Positions 51,801 to 62,969 of a stretch of 64,000 nt of DNA are shown in pieces. The position numbers were made by a program, and so were the translations under genes. Source of the DNA: Vitrella brassicaformis CCMP3155 (lineage: Eukaryota > Protista > Chromerida); NCBI GenBank assembly GCA_001179505.1, contig CDMY01000298.1, forward strand, positions 66,613 to 130,612, given 5' to 3'. Within the stretch, counting starts at the first letter, position 1, and the number at the start of each line of letters is the position of its first letter. Below the pieces are notes generated by a model. It was given only the letters and a program-made list of their open reading frames with translations, had not been told where the DNA came from and searched no databases.

Positions 51801-53873
51801 CTTCCTCGAGAACGTTGATGTGATGACGCCTGCCTTTCCGCTCTGCAATACTGCTGCTCGCCCGGTCCAGGACAGAGCGGGGGGATGAGCCCGGCAGGGC
51901 GGCCGCGGCTGGGGGGCCGGCCTTGGCCAATGACGGACGCGCAACAGTGGTAGCAGCAGCGGCGGTGGCAGCAGCTGGTGGCGGTGCGACATGGGGAGGG
52001 CGATGCGGCTGTGCAGCCGAGTGCGCCGGGGGCCGCACACCTGACGGAAATGGCAACACGACAAGGCATGAAGGACGCCCCGACACGTACACTCGTTGAC
52101 TCATTTTCACCTGGGTGGATGAATGGCCCGTTGTGACTCCCTGGCGGCAGTGGGGGGCCGCCGTGATCTGTCCGCACCATACATTCATCGAGACGAGTAC
52201 GGGTGTCTTTGAGGCCAGCTATCTGTTCGTGTGTCCAAGCGCACCGTAGAAGTATGGTGGCGGTGGCCAGAACGGGGGAGGCTGATGGCCGTAGGGCCAC
52301 ATGGGAGGGAAGGGCGGCCCATTCGCGGCAGCACCCGCCATCGCATGCTCGTCCTCTTGCTGCTGCTCCCCGTCGCCCATCTCCTCAGCCACTGCATCCA
52401 CCCGATGCATCAGTACAGAAGCCGTCATTGCGTTGCTCCACAGGCTCACTGACTGACCTGCTGCTGGAACCGACGATCGCCTGGCGCCGTTGGCTTTGGC
52501 CGTCGTCTTCGGCTTCGCCTTGGCGACTGCGACACACGCACAGACACGCACACAACCGGAGTTGGCCAAAACTCTGCCGGCCATGCGCTCCGGTGTGTGT
52601 ATGGAAGCCAGCCGGCCAGCCAGCAAGTCACTTACTGCGCTTGACGAACACTCTCGTGCCATCCTCCCCTGTGGTGAACTCATCGCGGTTGTTGTCGGGA
52701 GGGCCCTTGAGCGCCTCCTTGGCCTTCTCCCGGAGCGGAACGAAGGTCCAGCCCATGCGGCTGTTCCTCTTGTTTGCCGGGCGGCTCACGTCGTCTCGCA
52801 GGTAGTAGCCCTCGCCCTTGCTGTCGGCAAAGGGGCCGATGGTGACGGTCACAGTGTCTTGGTAGGGGCCTTGGTGGGGGTGGGTGAAGGCGGGCTGCAC
52901 GTTTGGGTGGGACTGGCGGAGGAGGGCGAAGTAGCTTGTATGGTAGTTGGTTGCGACTTCCTCGTAGTGCTGTCTGCAGGAGGCGCAGAGGTCGCCATCT
53001 GCCTGACCCCCTGCAGCAGCAGCGGCCGGTGCAGCAGCGGCTGGCGAGGCTGGTGTGTCATCCGGCTGCTGCTCCTCGATGGCGAGCTCTCGATGCTCAG
53101 CCAGATCTGCATGACAGACACATAAGTCCACCATGAACCACACAAGACACGTCTGTCTGCGATCATGGGCATACAGTGAATACCATTTTCTCGGCCGGGT
53201 GTGTATTTTTCATCATCGCCGTCGCCACCGTGCCGCGCCTTCTTGCGGGCGGCAGGGACGGCGCGGCTGTCTTCACCCTCACCCTGGACATCCTCCTCCT
53301 CATCATCGTCGTCCTCATCGCTCACTGAAGGAATGAAGGGACCAAACAACAACATCCCTTAGACATTCACGTGATGTGATGCGTGTGAGGGCCGGCTTCG
53401 GTGCAGCTTACCGCTTTCGCCGGAGAGGTCAGACTCTGCTGCCGCGGCAGCGGCAGCGGCGACCCCTGCAGCCCACCAAGCAGCCGTCCCCCGACACCCA
53501 CCCGCCCCACCGCTCTCGACCCCCTGACCTCCACCAGAGGGACCGCCAGACTCGATGGCGCCGCCAGGGGCGGGGGACGGCTGGTTGGTGGGCTGCGAGG
53601 AGTGCTGTGGGGGTGGTGACGGTCCAGCGACGGCTGGCGATGGGCTGCCGTGTGGCTGCGGTGTCTGTGGTGCGGTGGATGCCATTCGCCCTGGGCCTCG
53701 TGTGGCCGTCCTGGTGAGCTCACGCTTGACGTCACTGGCACCTGCTGACAGCACACAGGAGCCACAGAGAGTGTGGCACATTCATGTGTTTGTGTGAGTC
53801 TGCGGACGGATCTTTTCGCATGCGGTGTACCTGATGACGCGACTGGTCTTGGCGCGTCGCCCCGACTGCTCAT
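48814..53873 (-). CDS. Paralog B: unknown domain + SAM-like domain + Pro-rich linker + hnRNP A/Musashi-type RRM; appears intact
   Basis: ATG at 53873. The apparent stop at 50311 lies inside a GTGAGT donor, and phase-1 splicing joins GGPPNYPPPAP..., then the RRM (KMFVGGLP; RPRGFGFVVF; VQCKVAVP) and a Tyr/Gly tail ending YRAAPY* at 48814. Confidence 0.75.
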
Positions 53874-53938
53874 AGTGGTCAGGTCTGCCCCTTCAGGCCT
53901 TCAGCTGGACGAGCCCGGGGTTCATAGCTTCGTCAATC
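50530..53938 (-). repeat. Right arm of the inverted duplication (homologous to 41579-44790)
   Basis: Matching exon and intron sequence on the opposite strand, e.g. DLAEHRELAIEE versus DLAEHQELAIEE and ERQLVNLDHQQLV in both. Confidence 0.9.
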
Positions 53939-54193
53939 GGGTGGCGCCAACGAGGCAAAGAATCGACGGCAATGGCAAGACCCGCACACCCTCGTCAAAA
54001 GAGAGACCAACACGGCCGCCACTGGCCCCTTTCCTCAGGCACGCTTGGTTTCAAGCTCGCAGAATAGCGATCGCCGTCGTCAGCCGTCAAGAGAGCACGT
54101 TTTGGAGATAGATCTGATCCACGACCCTCTGCATCGTCTGGATCACAAGCCTTCGGTCCTCTCATCCCATCATCCCACCTTCGCCACGCACTC

Positions 54194-54516
54194 ATGTCGT
54201 GGGTGGCGTACGGTGCGGAGCTGCTGCTCGCAGAGCCAAAGGGCAAGCAGGCGCCTGCCCCGGCGCCGATCCCACCGCCCGAGAGCGGCGGGGGAGAGGA
54301 GGGGAAGGGCGGGTTCATCAACAACGACGACGACGCCATCTATGTGGTGTATGCGGAGATTGCACTGTTCCTGCTGGTGGCCTTCCTCAACATGCAGCTC
54401 CTCTCGATTTTCCGCGTGAGTCCCTCGAGGGATCAGGGGCAACCTGTGTCTCTCACGGGCGGCAAGACACGCAACTTCTTCGTTTCACTGCTGTTTCTCG
54501 CCAACTTCTGTGAGCA

Positions 54517-54548
<32 letters not shown>

Positions 54549-55442
54549 TTGGTGGGCATGCTCCTGATTTGTGGGTGTGTTCTTTGTCTCTCTGTGCAGT
54601 TCGTGCGTTTTCGCTGGGTCTTCAGCTGGTGTTGATGAGCAGCATCTCGCAGGCGTCGCTGATGACGTGGTTCACCTACCTGTTCCGCTCCCTGCCCTCG
54701 CTGATCTTCCTCTCGACCTACTCGGTGCTCATCTACTTCTGGGCGCAGGTCTACCAGGCGGCCACCCTCGTCTCCACACCCCTCCTGCGGCCGACCTTCA
54801 TATTTGTCAACATCGCCGTCTACTGCATCTATGCCGTCATCACGGTGCTGACGCTGCTGCTGCACGCGTATGAGGAGTATCGCACCTACAGCATATTCCT
54901 CATCGGCGTCATCTACCTTGCCGTGTCGGTCGGATTCTTCGTCTACGGAATGAAGGTCAGTCTGTCTGTTACTCACGGAGGGAGGGAGGGAGGATTGTGT
55001 GTGTGGGTGGCGTGGCACCATGGCCTTTTTCTGTCTGTCTGNNNNNNNNNNNNNNNNNNNNNNNNNNNNNNNNNNNNNNNNNNNNNNNNNNNNNNNNNNN
55101 NNNNNNNNNNNNNNNNNNNNNNNNNNNNNNNNNNNNNNNNNNNNNNNNNNNNNNNNNNNNNNNNNNNNNNNNNNNNNNNNNNNNNNNNNNNNNNNNNNNN
55201 NNNNNNNNNNNNNNNNNNNNNNNNNNNNNNNNNNNNNNNNNNNNNNNNNNNNNNNNNNNNNNNNNNNNNNNNNNNNNNNNNNNNNNNNNNNNNNNNNNNN
55301 NNNNNNNNNNNNNNNNNNNNNNNNNNNNNNNNNNNNNNNNNACCGTGCTAAGGATGGGGGCACCCATGTAGTGCCTGCCGAGGCTGCACTGAGGCCTGCT
55401 GCTGACGACGGTGAAACGCCCAAGCCCAAAGGCCATCGGTGA
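54194..55442 (+). CDS. THH1/TOM1/TOM3-domain (DUF1084-type) multi-pass membrane protein, copy 1; middle exons hidden in the gap
   Basis: Multiple hydrophobic helices; LPSLIFLSTYSVLIYFWAQVY matches the plant TOM1/TOM3 motif LPGLLFFSTYTLLVLFWAEIY as recalled. Last exon DRAKDGG...PKGHR* follows the gap. Confidence 0.8.
55042..55341. other. Assembly gap (300 N)
   Basis: Run of N; the round length indicates a placeholder. Confidence 1.
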
Positions 55443-56074
55443 TGGACCGACGGATGGACAGCGGGTGGGTAGCGCTTCAGTCAGTGAGTGGGGCGAGAAG
55501 AGAGGTGTATATATTCACGACCCTCCTCGCATTAAGAGTGGGGCGTGACAGCCAGTGACCGCCGTCGATGGATGCACCACGAGCCGCCTTTTTCTAGGCT
55601 GCTTGTGATGCTGTCTGTGACGATATACACCATTTGCTATATGTACGCTGCAGACAGATGTGGGAGGATTTGGCTCCTTGCACGCGACGCAACCGCAGGG
55701 CGATTCCATCGCCCAGGGCTTGCGGACAGCAGACAGACAGAAATGGTGCGTATGTGCGAGTCCGAGTCAGTCCTCGTGTCTGTGGTTTTTCGGTGATCAG
55801 CGGACAGACGTGTGTAGCCAGCCGGTCGTTTTGTGCGCTATCCGTATCTCTGTCAAAGCATTGCAGTGAATGGGCAGGCATGAACACACACACATCGACT
55901 CACACACAGAGAGAGAGAGAGTGAGAGTGAGAGAGAGAGGGGCACATGCGCAGTGCACGCCCCCTCCCTCCCTCCCTCTCTGCACACACAGCCCACCCCT
56001 GCGCACCTCCGTGTGTGGCAAGGTGCCTGCCTGTCTGCTGCGCACTCCTGCACACGCGCATTCACGAAATTCGC

Positions 56075-56101
56075 AAACCCTACATAGGATAATTAGGGTT
56101 T
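56075..56101. promoter_or_regulatory. Inverted pair of telo-box-like motifs followed by degenerate telomere-like repeats
   Basis: AAACCCTA (56075-56082), an 11-nt spacer, TAGGGTTT (56094-56101), then taggtatagggcttaggg. Confidence 0.35.
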
Positions 56102-56790
56102 AGGTATAGGGCTTAGGGTGTGGGGTTTCAAGCCCTGCGAGCTCAGACGTGCTGAGTGGAAAGGCACAGACCGCACAGACCGCTTTGGCAGATCAGATCT
56201 CCGCAGAGAGGCTCACAGGAAGGCCATACACGCAGTCAGGAGAGCTCTCTTCGCTCAAATCTCTGCCGCTGATGCGCCTTTGTGTCTGTGTTGTGTTATG
56301 TGCGTCAGAGATGGGCGTGTTGCCGAGGGTCGTTTGGGTGTCAGTCAGAGGATTGCTCTCGATGACGGCTTTGTATTGTGCCGGTTGATGCACAGACAGC
56401 GGAACTTATCTCTGACTCCTTGAATGCCTCTCCCATTTTTGTCCATCTCCGCAGGCCCGTGTTTGGCTCTGTGGGTGCGGCCCGGTCCATCCATCACATG
56501 GGGCAGGTGCATCAGCTCATGGGCAACACAGGTGCCAAAGGAGAGGTCAGCAGCAGCCCCACACACAGAGCACCGACGCTGGCGCGATTTTCACGTTTCT
56601 GACTGTAGGGTTACCCTTGTCGAGTGTCTGCAGACCGACAGAGACCTGATAGACAGAATGTTAGACTTGGATATCATTGTTGGGGCGAACTACAAACCAA
56701 GATACCGTCGAGAAAATCTCACCTCCTCACTTGACCGCCCGAGCCGCCCACACACACACCGGTTTACACACCCACTCTCTCTCTCTCTCT

Positions 56791-59344
56791 GTGGGTGTGT
56801 TCTTTGTCTCTCTGTGCAGTTCGTGCCTTTTCGCTGGGTCTTCAGCTGGTGTTGATGAGCAGCATCTCGCAGGCGTCGCTGATGACGTGGTTCACCTACC
56901 TGTTCCGCTCCCTGCCCTCGCTGATCTTCCTCTCGACCTACTCGGTGCTCATCTACTTCTGGGCGCAGGTCTACCAGGCGGCCACCCTCGTCTCCACACC
57001 CCTCCTGCGGCCGACCTTCATATTTGTCAACATCGCCGTCTACTGCATCTATGCCGTCATCACGGTGCTGACGCTGCTGCTGCACGCGTATGAGGAGTAT
57101 CGCACCTACAGCATATTCCTCATCGGCGTCATCTATCTCGCCGTGTCGGTCGGATTCTTCGTCTACGGAATGAAGGTCAGTCTGTCTGTTACTCACGGAG
57201 GGAGGGAGGGAGGATTGTGTGTGTGGGTGGCGTGGCACCATGGCCTTTTTCTGTCTGTCTGGGTGCTTGCATTCAGGTGTCCGGGCAGCTGTCTGATAGG
57301 AGCCGGCAGCTGCACCGCAAGAACTTCATCATAAGGAGGGTCAGTGACCTCTCACACAGGGCACACAGACGCGCGACACACGCAAGGATGTGTCTGTGTT
57401 CACGTTGATGCGTCGGTGTAGGTGATGGCGCTGAGTGTGGCGTGTCCGATAATCTTCTCCCTGCGGGGCTTCTACTGCCTGGCCTTCTCGTTCGGCTTCA
57501 TCAGCAAGTACTACCCCCAGGGCATCTCGCGGTTCATATGGGACGCCATTGTGAGCACACAGACACACAGACTCACACACAGCAGACCACCAGCACACAG
57601 TGAATGACCCATCGCTATTCACCCTCATGTGTGTGGTGCGTGTGTTGGTGTGTCGGTCAGATCTACATGACGTCCGAGTGGGTGCCCTCTCTGCTGATGC
57701 TATTCTTCTTCTGGCCACGAAGGAGCCACCAGCTGCCACCAAGGGTCAGCACACATCACATCAAATCACACCACTCACACCACTCAAACCATACCCATCT
57801 GTGCCCTGAACACCAATCAGGTTGAGAATTCCGACGTCTCAGCCCCTCTGGTGCGCTCCAACTACCCCCAGGCCGGCGCCCGGGCCTCCCAGCCCCTCCC
57901 TGCCCCCTCCGCTGCCCGCACCGTCAGGCAGCCCCGAGCCACCTATGACGGCCGCATGGGCGACTACCAGCCGTTGCCGCAACAACAGGCCNNNNNNNNN
58001 NNNNNNNNNNNNNNNNNNNNNNNNNNNNNNNNNNNNNNNNNNNNNNNNNNNNNNNNNNNNNNNNNNNNNNNNNNNNNNNNNNNNNNNNNNNNNNNNNNNN
58101 NNNNNNNNNNNNNNNNNNNNNNNNNNNNNNNNNNNNNNNNNNNNNNNNNNNNNNNNNNNNNNNNNNNNNNNNNNNNNNNNNNNNNNNNNNNNNNNNNNNN
58201 NNNNNNNNNNNNNNNNNNNNNNNNNNNNNNNNNNNNNNNNNNNNNNNNNNNNNNNNNNNNNNNNNNNNNNNNNNNNNNNNNNNNNNNNNNNTCTGTCTGT
58301 TACTCACGGAGGGAGGGAGGGAGGATTGTGTGTGTGGGTGGCGTGGCACCATGGCCTTTTTCTGTCTGTCTGTGTGCTTGCATTCAGGTGTCCGGGCAGC
58401 TGTCTGATAGGAGCCGGCAGCTGCACCGCAAGAACTTCATCATAAGGAGGGTCAGTGAGCTCGCCCGACACACGACACACGACACCCGCAAGGACGTGTC
58501 TGTGTTCACGTTGATGCGTCGGTGTAGGTGATGGCGCTGAGTGTGGCGTGTCCGATAATCTTCTCCCTGCGGGGCTTCTACTGCCTGGCCTTCTCGTTCG
58601 GCTTCATCAGCAAGTACTACCCCCAGGGCATCTCGCGGTTCATATGGGACGCCATTGTGAGCACACAGACACACAGACTCACACACAACAGACCACCAGC
58701 ACACAGTGAATGACCCATCGCTATTCACCCTCGTGTGTGTGGTGCACCCACCGGTGTGTCTGTCAGATCTACATGACGTCCGAGTGGGTGCCCTCTCTGC
58801 TGATGCTATTCTTCTTCTGGCCACGAAGGAGCCACCAGCTGCCACCAAGGGTCAGCACACATCACATCAAATCACACCACTCACACCACTCAAACCATAC
58901 CCATCTGTGCCCTGAACACCAATCAGGTTGAGAATTCCGACGTCTCAGCCCCTCTGGTGCGCTCCAACTACCCCCAGGCCGGCGCCCGGGCCTCCCAGCC
59001 CCTCCCTGCCCCCTCCGCTGCCCGCACCGTCAGGCAGCCCCGAGCCACCTATGACGGCCGCATGGGCGACTACCAGCCGTTGCCGCAACAACAGGCCTAT
59101 GGTGGGGGCGTGGGGCGGCACGGCGACATGGCTGGAGGCGCGCCGCACATCGATGTGTGGGTAAGTCAGAGGGGAGGGCGGTGGAAGTGGGTGTACATGT
59201 ATCTGGTCCGTGTGTTTGTGTGTGTCTGTGTGTGTGGTGCAGGACCGTGCTAAGGATGGGGGCACCCATGTAGTGCCTGCCGAGGCTGCACTGAGGCCTG
59301 CTGCTGACGACGGTGAAACGCCCAAGCCCAAAGGCCATCGGTGA
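56791..59344 (+). CDS. THH1/TOM1/TOM3-domain membrane protein, copy 2 (lacks exon 1; exons 3-6 appear twice across the gap)
   Basis: 54571-55041 matches 56791-57260; 57181-57991 matches 58292-59097; 55342-55858 matches 59244-59760. Stop TGA at 59342-59344. Confidence 0.65.
57992..58291. other. Assembly gap (300 N)
   Basis: Run of N, flanked by overlapping near-identical sequence. Confidence 1.
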
Positions 59345-59868
59345 TGGACCGACGGATGGACAGCGGGTGGGTAGCGCTTCAGTGAGTGAGTGGGGCGAGA
59401 AGAGAGGTGTATATATTCACGACCCTCCTCGCATTAAGAGTGGGGCGTGACAGCCAGTGACCGCCGTCGATGGATGCACCACGAGCCGCCTTTTTCTAGG
59501 CTGCTCGTGATGCTGTCTGTGACGATATACACCATTTGCTATATGTACGCTGCAGACAGATGTGGGAGGATTTGGCTCCTTGCACGCGACGCAACCGCAG
59601 GGCGATTCCATCGCCCAGGGCTTGCGGACAGCAGACAGACAGCAACGGTGCGTATGTGCGAGTCCGAGTCAGTCCTCGTGTCTGTGGTTTTTCGGTGATC
59701 AGCGGACAGACGTGTGTAGCCAGCCGGTCGTTTTGTGCGCTATCCGTATCTCTGTCAAAGTACGCTGTGCGGCGGATAAAATGTCGCCGAGATGGAACAG
59801 TCCCGCCACCCAGACGTGCCAAGTAAATCTATACACGACGAGAAATCCGCAGAGACGGCAAACCCCGC

Positions 59869-59876
59869 AAACCCTA
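59869..59876 (+). promoter_or_regulatory. Telo-box-like motif AAACCCTA upstream of the pseudokinase ORF
   Basis: cgcaaacccta, the same 11-mer as at 56072, about 150 bp upstream of the ATG at 60023. Confidence 0.25.
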
Positions 59877-60022
59877 CTTTTACTTTAAATCGCAATTCAG
59901 CGTTTTTCGCCATTCGCCTGCCTCCAGCCACCTCCGCGTCCTCTTATTTCGCCCCAGCCCGCTGTACGTGCATCATTCGAGGCCTCGGGGCGCTGATACG
60001 CGGCGACAACACTTTCATCCCC

Positions 60023-62539
60023 ATGGGCGAATTCCGGCGGCTTGTCCACCAGCCATGGGAGACCTACAGGACGCCATTGGGCCGCCAGCGGGGCGTTCCC
60101 GAGTATGACTGCCTAGCGGTGCCGCAGTACGACCTGGAAGACGTCCCCGACGACAGCTACCCCCAGACGTACTTCAGGTGGGACGGCAGACATGCTGACG
60201 AGGACGTGGGAGTCCACGTGCCCTACTTCCACGCCGAGCGGCTGCCGAGCCACCCCCAAGACACCCATCCCGCCAGCCGGTTCTCCAGGGACGGGCTCGG
60301 CAAGCACAGCACACTGATGGCGATCGAGATGGTTGACGACAAGGGTAGACAAGGGGCGGGATTCGATGGGGAGGGTGCAGCGGAGATCGATATGTTTCAG
60401 AGGGCGCAAAGGGAGGGACGCCAGCATTTTGCTCGTCTTAGAGGGGTAAGTCGGTATGACGTATGGGGGGGAGCGGGTCATTCACATCTCTGTCATGCTG
60501 TCTGTGTGTCTGTAACTAACATGTAGGCCTATCATTATCGAAAGCGCACGTTCATCGAATACGCGGATTTGCGGGAGGTTCGCACGCTTGAGAGTCAGCT
60601 CGGCGAGGGAGGGGCGATGACTGAGCACGACGCCAGCCGGTGGGCCGGGCAGCTTGTAGAGAGACACACGTCAGTGAACGGTCAGACGCCTTGATTGCAT
60701 CCGGTGAGGCCGAGAGCGGCCCTCGCCCAAGGCAGCAGTCTGACGAGGGCAAGTGAGAACACACGCACATTCACACACACCGTACTGGCTGTCTGTCTGC
60801 AGTGTGATGTGCATGTGTTAACATCCATCAGAGAGCCGGTGCCCGAGAAGGCTGGCGTGAGGCATGACGAGCGACGGGCCGACAGGCTGTATCGGCGGGG
60901 CCACTACTGCGCCGAGACACAGAAAGGTATGTCTGACGTACGTCCATTGCTGTATCGCCCATTTGTTCTTTTGCTATGATGCTCCCTTCGCCAAGCAGAT
61001 GTCCGCCAGTGAGTTGTTCGGTGAATGGCGGTGCCCGGCTACTGCCGAACTTCTCACGGAACTTGCCACTGCAGCATCGTAGTCACGACGCTGACCGAAG
61101 CAGCCCAGCCACGAAGCGATACGATCTGCACATGGTGGGTGAGCTGAGAAAACCCATACAGACAGAGGAAGCATCGAGCCCCACTCTCTCCCCTCGACTG
61201 TCCGTCTGTCGGTTCTGTCAGTCTATGGTGGTAGCTCAAAGCGCGATGCGATACTACCATGGGTACACATATAGCATAGACACACAAAACGAATACGTAT
61301 CCACACCACCAATGACTGCATGCTCTGTGTCGTGTCTGTCTGTTTTGGTTGCAGCCAAGGGAACCTCTCGGACTACCTTGTCAACAAGGAGGGCACCATA
61401 AAGATCGCCGACATCAGCGGGGGGAGACCATTCGAGCGCTATCGCAATGTCAGTCAGTATTCACACGCACACACACCCACACAGCCGGAGGGCACGACTC
61501 TCATTTTGTTCTCTCCGACCGACTTGTGTGTGCCGTGTGGGTTTGCAGGATGGCACGGTGAATGTATTTCGTCAGTTGATCGCGGACAAGGAGGCCACAC
61601 CACCGGAGGTCAGTGCACAGACATACACACAGACAGAGGCAAATGGATAAGTGGAGGGACACTCATGTCTATGTGGGCGTACGCATAAGTCTGTGTGTCT
61701 CTCTGTGTCTGTCTGTGTGTCTGTGTGTGTGTGTGTGCCCTTCAGGTCGTTGTGTCGAGTCGGTACAACACCAGCTTCGACCCGGAAGAAGCCTCCGTCT
61801 TTTGCATAGGGTACGCAGGGACACAGACAGACAGACAGACAGGAGAGGGCCACATGCCCGTCAGTCACTTAACTCCGTATATCGTCACTGTTATGTATCC
61901 ATCAGGCACTTGGTCGGCAAGCTCCTCTTTGCCAAGAGCAGCCACCGCCACCTCTCCCCCGAATCCCTGAAAATCGTCCGCCACGCCACCGCTGCCGACC
62001 CCGCACAGAGACCCACACTAAATGAACTGATGGTCCACAGCTGGTACATAAGGCATAGAGAGAGAGAGATCTCGATGAATGCCGCAGACCCTCCCTAATT
62101 CATCGACCGTCTGTCTGTTTGGCTGCCTGCCCTGTTTGAATCCGTCAGGATCATATTCCCGCCCCCGCCGTCGGCCGTCTATCAGCCGCCCTCACACCAA
62201 CCTGCCCCTCAGCAGAAGCCCCGACCCGTCGTGGTGCGGCCCGCCCCACGGGCAGCGGCCCCTCTCTGTGTGCACCAGCCGCCCCATTATGGCGGCCCGC
62301 TGCACAACCCACCGCCGATCGCCCCCATGGGCATTCCCATGCACCCCGCCCACATACCCACACACTTGAAGAGCAGTCAGCCGCCCCCGCCCGCCGTGCC
62401 CATCCCACCACGTTTCCCACCTGCTGGCGCCGGAATGCGGCCACTGATAGCACCGCTAGCGCCACAACATGCACCGCACGGCTATGGGCCGCCCCCGCCC
62501 CACTGGACACCGACACCGCCCGGCATGATCCCCAACTGA
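60023..62539 (+). CDS. Degenerate CAMK-like protein kinase fold (pseudokinase) with a Pro-rich C-terminal tail
   Basis: Subdomain remnants in order: LMAIEMVD (II, no Lys), EIDMFQRAQ (III), TFIEYADL (V), MRYYHG (VIa), YLVNKEGTIKIADISG (VII), ATPPE (VIII), ASVFCIG (IX), LSPESLKIVR...DPAQRPTLNELMVHSW (XI). No HRD motif. Exons between 60700 and 61150 are unresolved, so it may be a pseudogene. Confidence 0.6.
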
Positions 62540-62969
62540 CCACGCCGCTCTTAGATCGCACCCCTGTCAGCCTGGCAGCGGCGGGCATCCGCAGAGACAG
62601 AAGAAGGTGTTCAGTATGCTGGAAGGGGTGGATGGATGAGAAGGAGTTGAGGGAAGGGGAAGCGGAGCAGAGACAGCTACCTTATGTGGGTGGGTGGGTG
62701 TGGATGCAGTCAGTCAGCTCGTGTGGCGCCACCCGAGGGCCGCTGTCTGAGCCACAGCTTAAGGGATGTACGTAAGTGTGCGCACATATGGGGTGGTGGT
62801 GGTGGTTTGGATGCGGAGGGGATCCATAAGTCACGTGCGGTCGGCGATCCCTTTTTTGCCAAACCTTCAGTCTGTGACATTGCGGAGGTAAGCACAGGAA
62901 CGATGCCTGCACAGATCCTATGATTTGATGGCCTGTGTCTCTTCCTCCTCTCCATTGTGGTTGTATGTC

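Noticed and set aside
41579-53938. Inverted arms read as terminal inverted repeats of a large DNA transposon
   Set aside because: The arms are diverged intron-containing genes rather than near-identical TIRs; no transposase and no target-site duplication seen.
54999-55442. ORFs containing long X runs
   Set aside because: Artefacts of translating through the 300-N assembly gaps.
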